A stretch of DNA of 64,000 nt, taken from contig JAQBWH010000002.1 in assembly GCA_027624625.1 (NCBI GenBank), positions 24,271-88,270 of the forward strand, given 5' to 3'. A program made the position numbers and the translations under genes. Below are positions 58,468 to 64,000 of this stretch, one piece after another (positions within the stretch are counted from its first letter, which is position 1; each line of letters opens with the position of its first letter). This DNA comes from Verrucomicrobiota bacterium. Its GTDB lineage: Bacteria; Verrucomicrobiota; Verrucomicrobiia; Chthoniobacterales; JACTMZ01. Under the pieces are notes generated by a model that searched no databases, was not told the DNA's origin, and saw nothing but the letters and a program-made list of their open reading frames with translations.

Positions 58468-59792
58468 ACTGGCCGACGATAGCCGGGCTGTTCGCCACGG
58501 CCGTTCTCTTGCTCCTCGTCGTCCGCTATCTCGCGGGCATTCTGCGCCTGCGCTCCGCCTTGCGCCGGGTGGCCCACGGCGAGCTGACCCGTCCGCTCAC
58601 CCTCGATCTTCCGCCCGGTTTGCGCTGGGCACAGCGTGATGTCGAGGCGATCGCGCGGCAGGCTCGTGACCTTGACCGTGCCGCGCACCGTGAGCGCTCC
58701 GAACTTAATGCCATCCTGGCCAGCATTCCCGAGGGCATCTTCACCGTCGACCGGCGCCTCTGCCTCCTGCAGGTCAATCGCGGCGTTGAAGCCATGTTCC
58801 AGCTCTCCGCCTCGCCGGTCGGACGGACCGTGGTCGAAGCCTTCGGCCATGCCGCGATGCACCGCCTCGTGCAGACGGGATTGCAGGGGGGCAAAGAGCA
58901 TGGCGGCGAAATCACGGTCGAGCGGGACGGCGTCGCCCGGATTTTTGAATTGAGCATTTCGCCGCTGGAGCTGGGCTCCGACCATCCGGGTGCGGTCGTC
59001 GTGCTGCACGACATCACGCGGATCAAGAGCCTCGAGCAAGTGCGCCGGGAATTTGTGGCCAACGTTTCGCACGAGTTGCGAACCCCGCTCACCATCATCA
59101 GCGGTTATCTCGAAACGCTGGCCGATGGCGGCCTCGACGACCGGCCGATGGCGGAGAATGCACTGGGTGTTATGATCAAGCATGGTGATCGTCTCGGCCG
59201 CCTGGTTGATGATCTTCTGGTCATATCCCAGGCGGAATCTCGTTCCGTCCCGCTCGAGGTCGAGCGCATCGACCTCAGCGCGCTCCTGCATCATGTCGTC
59301 GAACAGTTCGACGAGCCGATCCGGAGCCAGGCGGCTACGGTGCGCATCCTTGCGGCGGGTGGGGACCTGACGCTCGAGGCCGATGCCGTGCGTCTCGAGC
59401 AGGTCTTCATCAACCTCCTCGAAAACGCGCTCAAATACGGCATCCGGCCCGGGTTGGTGGTCGACCTGCACCTTGAGCGATCCGGGCCGAATATCGAGGT
59501 GCAAGTCACTGACAACGGACCCGGGATCCCGCGGGCAGACCAGGAGCATATTTTCGAGCGCTTTTACCGGGTGCACAAAGACCGCTCACGCGAAACCGGA
59601 GGCACGGGACTCGGACTCTCCATTGTCAAAAATGTGATCCAAGCCCATGGCGGCAGCGTGTCCGTGCGCAGTGCGCCCGGCCAAGGTTCGACTTTCACCG
59701 TGGTCCTGCCGCTCCTCCAACCCGCCTCGGTGGCACCTGCGCCCTGGTCGGCCGCGAGAAAGACCGCAACCGAGGGGACGGGCGGGGGTTGA
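58464..59792 (+). CDS. phoR: Phosphate regulon sensor kinase
   Basis: TM, HAMP-like, PAS, VRREFVANVSHELRTPLT, NLLENALKY, FERFYRV, GTGLGLSIVK. Confidence 0.88.
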   Translation: MNWPTIAGLFATAVLLLLVVRYLAGILRLRSALRRVAHGELTRPLTLDLPPGLRWAQRDVEAIARQARDLDRAAHRERSELNAILASIPEGIFTVDRRLCLLQVNRGVEAMFQLSASPVGRTVVEAFGHAAMHRLVQTGLQGGKEHGGEITVERDGVARIFELSISPLELGSDHPGAVVVLHDITRIKSLEQVRREFVANVSHELRTPLTIISGYLETLADGGLDDRPMAENALGVMIKHGDRLGRLVDDLLVISQAESRSVPLEVERIDLSALLHHVVEQFDEPIRSQAATVRILAAGGDLTLEADAVRLEQVFINLLENALKYGIRPGLVVDLHLERSGPNIEVQVTDNGPGIPRADQEHIFERFYRVHKDRSRETGGTGLGLSIVKNVIQAHGGSVSVRSAPGQGSTFTVVLPLLQPASVAPAPWSAARKTATEGTGGG

Positions 59793-59802
59793 ACCCTTTG
59801 TT

Positions 59803-60462
59803 ATGAAATCACTCGTCCTCTCCGCTGCCCTCTGCGCCGCGCTGGTCACCGTTGCTCCCGGCAACCTTCAGGCGCAAAATCCCACACCGACCGAACGTCC
59901 CGCTAAACCACCGGGGAAAAAGCAGGGCAGGCCCGATGGCCCGCGCGAATCCATGGCCGGGCTGGATCGTGAGGAGGCACGGCGCCTCGCCACGGCCCGC
60001 GACAAGGCGAAAGACGATCCGACTGTCCGTTCACTTAAGGAGGCACGCGATGCGGTCGACAAGCAATTGGAAAGTGCCATGAATGCCGCGATTGTGGCCG
60101 CCGATCCGGGCCTCGCCCCCACCTTGGAAAAAGTGAAGCAATCCCGGGACCGGGCCCGAGGGATGCGCGACCGCTTCGAGTCGTTGACCCCCGAACAGCG
60201 GGAGCAATTGAAAGCCGCCCGCCAAGCCGCCCAAGACGATCCCGAAGTCATGGCCGCGCGCGAGAAAATGAGAGCGGCCGATTCGCCCGAAGCACGGCGT
60301 GAAGCCGGTCGGGCCATGCAAGAGGCGATGAAAGCCGCGGCGATCAAAAAGAACCCGGATCTTGCCCCTCTGCTCGAGCAACTTGGGCCCCCGCCGGGTG
60401 AACCGCGCGGCCCGAGAGGTCCCCAAAGGCCGGCACCTCAGATGCCAGACGGGAACGAGTAG
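59803..60462 (+). CDS. Exported helical protein with two internal repeats
   Basis: Signal peptide; repeats AR..A.DDP.V....E...AM.AA....P.LAP.LE. Confidence 0.7.
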   Translation: MKSLVLSAALCAALVTVAPGNLQAQNPTPTERPAKPPGKKQGRPDGPRESMAGLDREEARRLATARDKAKDDPTVRSLKEARDAVDKQLESAMNAAIVAADPGLAPTLEKVKQSRDRARGMRDRFESLTPEQREQLKAARQAAQDDPEVMAAREKMRAADSPEARREAGRAMQEAMKAAAIKKNPDLAPLLEQLGPPPGEPRGPRGPQRPAPQMPDGNE

Positions 60463-60871
60463 TCCCATCGCGGCAATCCGTGACCGACAATGGGCGGGTG
60501 AAGGGACATCACCTCGAGCGGCGATTTCTTTATTGCTTATTCGAGGTGTTGCTTTAGGTTGATGGGGTCCTATTCGGTCACGACAGCCATGATTGTTGTT
60601 ACGTCTTGTCTGCGGGCAACTTATGCATCCGGGCGCTTTTCGGCCAGCCTGCTAAACATCCTGCTGAACCTGCCGGTTATACGCCGGCTCGAGCGCGGCA
60701 TTCGTGTCGTCACCGGAAAAGTCACGGAAACGCCATCCGGCTGCGGAGTCCGCTCCGCCCGGCCAGCTGGCGCCATGTCGGCGCTGCTTCCGTTCCATCT
60801 CCGCGGGAAGCATCCCCAGCGCGAACAGCGCGCCCCGCGGTCCAAACCATCAAGTCATATTAATTGTTCTA

Positions 60872-61546
60872 ATGAATTCATCCCATTCCGATTCGGGTCC
60901 CCGTCGTCGCAGTCGCGGCGGACGCTCCCGCACCTCCTCCTCACGTCCGCCGCGTTCCGGCGACAACTTCAAAGTGACCCGCGAGCCCCGCAAACCAGCC
61001 GGTTTGTGGGATAAAATCAAAGCCTTCTTCGGCCTCGCGCCGCAGCCGGCCAAACCCTCCACCAACGGCTTCGAACGCTCCGCGCGCCCCGAGCGTCCCC
61101 CACGCTCCCGTGACGGATCCCGCGAGTCGCGTCCGCCTCGTGAACCCCGCGAGGACCGCCAGAGTCGTGAGACCCTCGTCCCGCGCGAGTCGCGCAAACC
61201 GGAGAACATCGAAGTCACCACCCCCCGCCTCTACATCGGCAACTTGTCCTATGATGCGGCCGAGAGCGACCTTTTCGAGTTGTTCTCCGGCGTGGGCACC
61301 GTGGCTCAAGTCGAAGTCATCTCCAACAAGCACACCCAGCGCTCCAAAGGCTTCGGCTTTATCCAGATGAACAGCATCTCTGAGGCCAAACGCGCCGTCG
61401 AAGAACTGCACGACAAGGAGTATATGGGCCGCAAACTCGTGGTCAGCGGAGCCAAGCTTCCGCCCGATCGCGCCATCGGCCGCGACCGCAACGAGGAAGC
61501 GCCGGCCGATGAGTCCGCCCCGGAGGAACCGGTTTCACAAGTCTGA
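60872..61546 (+). CDS. RRM RNA-binding protein with R/S/E-rich disordered N-terminus
   Basis: RNP2 LYIGNL, RNP1 KGFGFIQM, MGRKLVV. Confidence 0.92.
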   Translation: MNSSHSDSGPRRRSRGGRSRTSSSRPPRSGDNFKVTREPRKPAGLWDKIKAFFGLAPQPAKPSTNGFERSARPERPPRSRDGSRESRPPREPREDRQSRETLVPRESRKPENIEVTTPRLYIGNLSYDAAESDLFELFSGVGTVAQVEVISNKHTQRSKGFGFIQMNSISEAKRAVEELHDKEYMGRKLVVSGAKLPPDRAIGRDRNEEAPADESAPEEPVSQV

Positions 61547-61567
61547 TCAGGTTATTGACCACACACC

Positions 61568-61602
61568 ACCACGGGCCGGCTTTGCCGGCCCGTGGTTTCT
61601 TC
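61568..61602 (+). terminator. Rho-independent terminator
   Basis: accacgggccggc-ttt-gccggcccgtggt followed by ttcttc. Confidence 0.7.
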
Positions 61603-61703
61603 CTCGGCCCGGGACGCCGACGCGGCCCCCACGCCGCTAGGCCTGCCGCCGGCAAGCGTGCGGGCTGCCCCTTCCGCTTTTGATTTGCCGCGGCCCCTTG
61701 CGC

Positions 61704-62618
61704 ATGGCCTCACCACCCCGCAACATCCTCCAACACGCTATTTTCGTCACCGGCCCGACATCCGTCGGAAAATCGGAAATTGCCCTCGCCCTCGCCCAGA
61801 AGCATGCCGGTGAAATCGTCTGTGCCGATGCGTTCCAACTTTACTGCGCATGTCCCGTCCTCAGCGCCCAGCCGACCGCCATGGAAAAAGCGCTCGTGCC
61901 GCACCATTTGTTCGGGTCGGTCCCGGGCAACGAAGAAATGGATGCCGCTCGTTTTGCCCGTCTTGCCCGCCAAGCCATCAACGACGTCGTCGCCCGCGGT
62001 AAAGTGCCCATCGTGGTGGGCGGGAGCGGACTGTACCTGCAAGCGCTCATCGCGGGCTTGCCGCATCTTCCCGCCATTGATCCCGCGGTGCGTGAGGAGG
62101 TGCGGTCCATGACGCTCGATGAGATGGTGGCGCGGTTGGGTGAACTCGACCCGGCCAGCCTGCCGGCCATCGACCTGTGCAACCCCCGTCGTGTGGCGCG
62201 CCGCCTCGAGTTGTCTCGGCAGACCGGCCAACCCGCCTCCGGCTTGCTTGCCGAGCAACCGGTTCCAGCCGGACTGCGTGGCGTGGTCCTGACCCGCGAC
62301 CGCGATGAACTCAACATCCGCATCGCCGCCGCCGTGGAGGCGCGTCTGGCCGGCGGCGGCATCGAGGAGGTCCGCGCCGCCCGCGACTTGGCCGGCCGGA
62401 CCGCACGTCAGGTTATAGGGTGGCGCGAAATCAGCGCTCTGCTTGAAAACAAGATCGACCGTGCCACCTGTGCCGAACTTGTCACCATCGCCACCCGGCA
62501 ATACGCCAAAAGGCAGTTGACCTGGTTCCGGGCCAGATCCACATTCCCCGAGGAAAATCTTTCCCCCGTGACGCCCGGCTTTTTGGACCGCATCGCCCGT
62601 CAATTTGGTCTGCCATGA
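61704..62618 (+). CDS. miaA: tRNA dimethylallyltransferase
   Basis: GPTSVGKS, DAFQLY, VGGSGLYL, TRQYAKRQLTWFR. Confidence 0.95.
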   Translation: MASPPRNILQHAIFVTGPTSVGKSEIALALAQKHAGEIVCADAFQLYCACPVLSAQPTAMEKALVPHHLFGSVPGNEEMDAARFARLARQAINDVVARGKVPIVVGGSGLYLQALIAGLPHLPAIDPAVREEVRSMTLDEMVARLGELDPASLPAIDLCNPRRVARRLELSRQTGQPASGLLAEQPVPAGLRGVVLTRDRDELNIRIAAAVEARLAGGGIEEVRAARDLAGRTARQVIGWREISALLENKIDRATCAELVTIATRQYAKRQLTWFRARSTFPEENLSPVTPGFLDRIARQFGLP

Positions 62619-63889
62619 TCGTCGCCACACCTCCCCCCCGTGCCACCGAGAAAACCATTTTGGTCGGACTCGAACATGACGGCGTAACCAGGTGGGATCT
62701 GGAAGATTCTCTCAACGAATTGCGCGAACTGGCCGCCACCGCGGGTGCCAGCGTGGTCGACACCGTCACGCAAAAGCTGCAACACCCGACCGCCCCATAT
62801 TACATCGGCAAAGGTAAAGCCGAGGAAGTCGGGGCGCTCTGCACGGAACACGGCGCCGGCTCGATCATTTTCGACGACGAACTTTCGCCCGCCCAGGGCC
62901 GCAATCTCGAGAGTGTCACCTCTAAGAAAATCCTCGATCGCACCCAGCTGATTCTCGACATCTTCGCCCGCCGCGCGCGCAGCCGGGAGGGGCGCCTGCA
63001 AATCGAACTCGCGCAGTTGCAGTATCTCCTGCCGCGACTGACCCGCATGTGGACCCACCTTTCGCGCCAGACCGGTGGGATTGGCACGCGGGGCCCGGGC
63101 GAAACCCAGCTGGAAGTCGACCGTCGCCGCGTGCAGGAACGCATTGCGCGCCTGCAAAAAGATTTGGAGGAAGTGCGCAAACACCGTGCCATCCAGCGCG
63201 AAGGGCGCGCGCGGCACCAGTGGCCGGTCGTGGCCATTGTCGGCTACACCAACGCGGGTAAATCGTCCTTGCTTAACCGGCTGACCAAGGCCGGGGTTCT
63301 GGCCGAGGACAAATTGTTCGCCACCCTCGACCCGACCACCCGGCAATTCGTCCTCCCGAACAAGTTGAAGGTCCTTTTTACCGATACGGTCGGCTTCATC
63401 CGGAAACTGCCCACCACCGTGATCGAATCCTTCAAGGCCACGCTCGAAGAATTAAAATCGGCCGACCTGCTGGTCCATGTCGTCGACCTCAGCCACTCCC
63501 AGTGGGAGGAGCACATTGCCGCGACGGAAGAGGTCATTCGCGAACTCGAAGCCGACGGCAAACACACGCTCATTGTTTTCAACAAGATCGACCGGCTAGC
63601 CAATGCCGAAGCGGTCGATGCCGCGCTGGCTCGCCATCCGCAGAGCGTGGCCATTTCGGTGAAAACAGGGGAAAGTCTCGAGCAATTTGTCGACGAGCTG
63701 CAAAACCAACTTTCGGCCTGGCGCCTCCGCCAGAAGTTCCGCATCCCGCAAAGCGCCAGCCTTGCCCTGGCCGAATTGCACCGTGCCGGCCACGTCGTGG
63801 CCATCACCTACGAAGATGACGACGCCCTGGTCACCGCGCACATCCCGCCCGCCCTGGAAGCAAAATTTGCCCGCTATGCGGTGTCCTGA
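62615..63889 (+). CDS. hflX: Ribosome-splitting GTPase
   Basis: YIGKGK, LILDIFARRA, GIGTRGPGETQLE, GYTNAGKS, LFATLD, DTVGFI, FNKID. Confidence 0.97.
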   Translation: MIVATPPPRATEKTILVGLEHDGVTRWDLEDSLNELRELAATAGASVVDTVTQKLQHPTAPYYIGKGKAEEVGALCTEHGAGSIIFDDELSPAQGRNLESVTSKKILDRTQLILDIFARRARSREGRLQIELAQLQYLLPRLTRMWTHLSRQTGGIGTRGPGETQLEVDRRRVQERIARLQKDLEEVRKHRAIQREGRARHQWPVVAIVGYTNAGKSSLLNRLTKAGVLAEDKLFATLDPTTRQFVLPNKLKVLFTDTVGFIRKLPTTVIESFKATLEELKSADLLVHVVDLSHSQWEEHIAATEEVIRELEADGKHTLIVFNKIDRLANAEAVDAALARHPQSVAISVKTGESLEQFVDELQNQLSAWRLRQKFRIPQSASLALAELHRAGHVVAITYEDDDALVTAHIPPALEAKFARYAVS

Positions 63890-64000
63890 TTTTTTTAACA
63901 GATCACCGGAACGCACCGGCGCCCGGGGAAGATCTCGCCAAAGCGTGACCCGCAGGACGACATGAGCGGGAGCGAAGGAGTCAACAACATAACGAAGGTA

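Noticed and set aside
60660-60700. GAACCTG reminiscent of a TPP riboswitch
   Set aside because: No CTGAGA motif or P2/P4 architecture; downstream gene unrelated to thiamine.
1-64000. CRISPR arrays, tRNA/rRNA genes, IS or integrase genes
   Set aside because: No regularly spaced repeats, cloverleafs or transposase/integrase motifs were seen on manual reading; a tool scan would be needed to exclude them fully.
63962-64000. ATG-initiated frame at the window edge
   Set aside because: Only 13 codons visible; cannot be assigned.

Overview
High-GC bacterial chromosome segment, most likely Verrucomicrobiota (inferred from PEP-CTERM proteins, H-X9-DG prepilin-like proteins and '...F(L/F/Y)RL' C-terminal surface-protein tails). 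1-26.2 kb is mostly housekeeping: cysH, pdxA, SurA-like PPIase, mfd, a sigma54 activator, uppS, purA, a LytS/LytTR pair, tilS, serS, DnaJ-class, HD nuclease, proC, DD-peptidase and a UvrD/PcrA helicase. 26.4-59.8 kb reads as a phosphate-starvation island. It holds a phytase-like esterase, pseudopilin and lamin-tail surface proteins, ppk2, a PiT transporter, an OprB-type porin, a group-2 sigma factor, a PlcP-like metallophosphoesterase, an ars operon, a truncated ShlB/FhaC gene, pstSCAB, phoU, phoBR and a second PhoB paralogue. By eye I found a recurring 11-bp-period direct repeat (GTGACN-N5-TTCACA and variants) upstream of many of these genes, a candidate lineage-specific Pho box. One copy precedes a ~170-180 nt rod-shaped, 6S-like ncRNA candidate. 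The window ends with an RRM protein, miaA and hflX. All calls come from motif recognition and manual base-pairing only; no database searches were run. No rRNA, tRNA, CRISPR array or intact transposase was seen.
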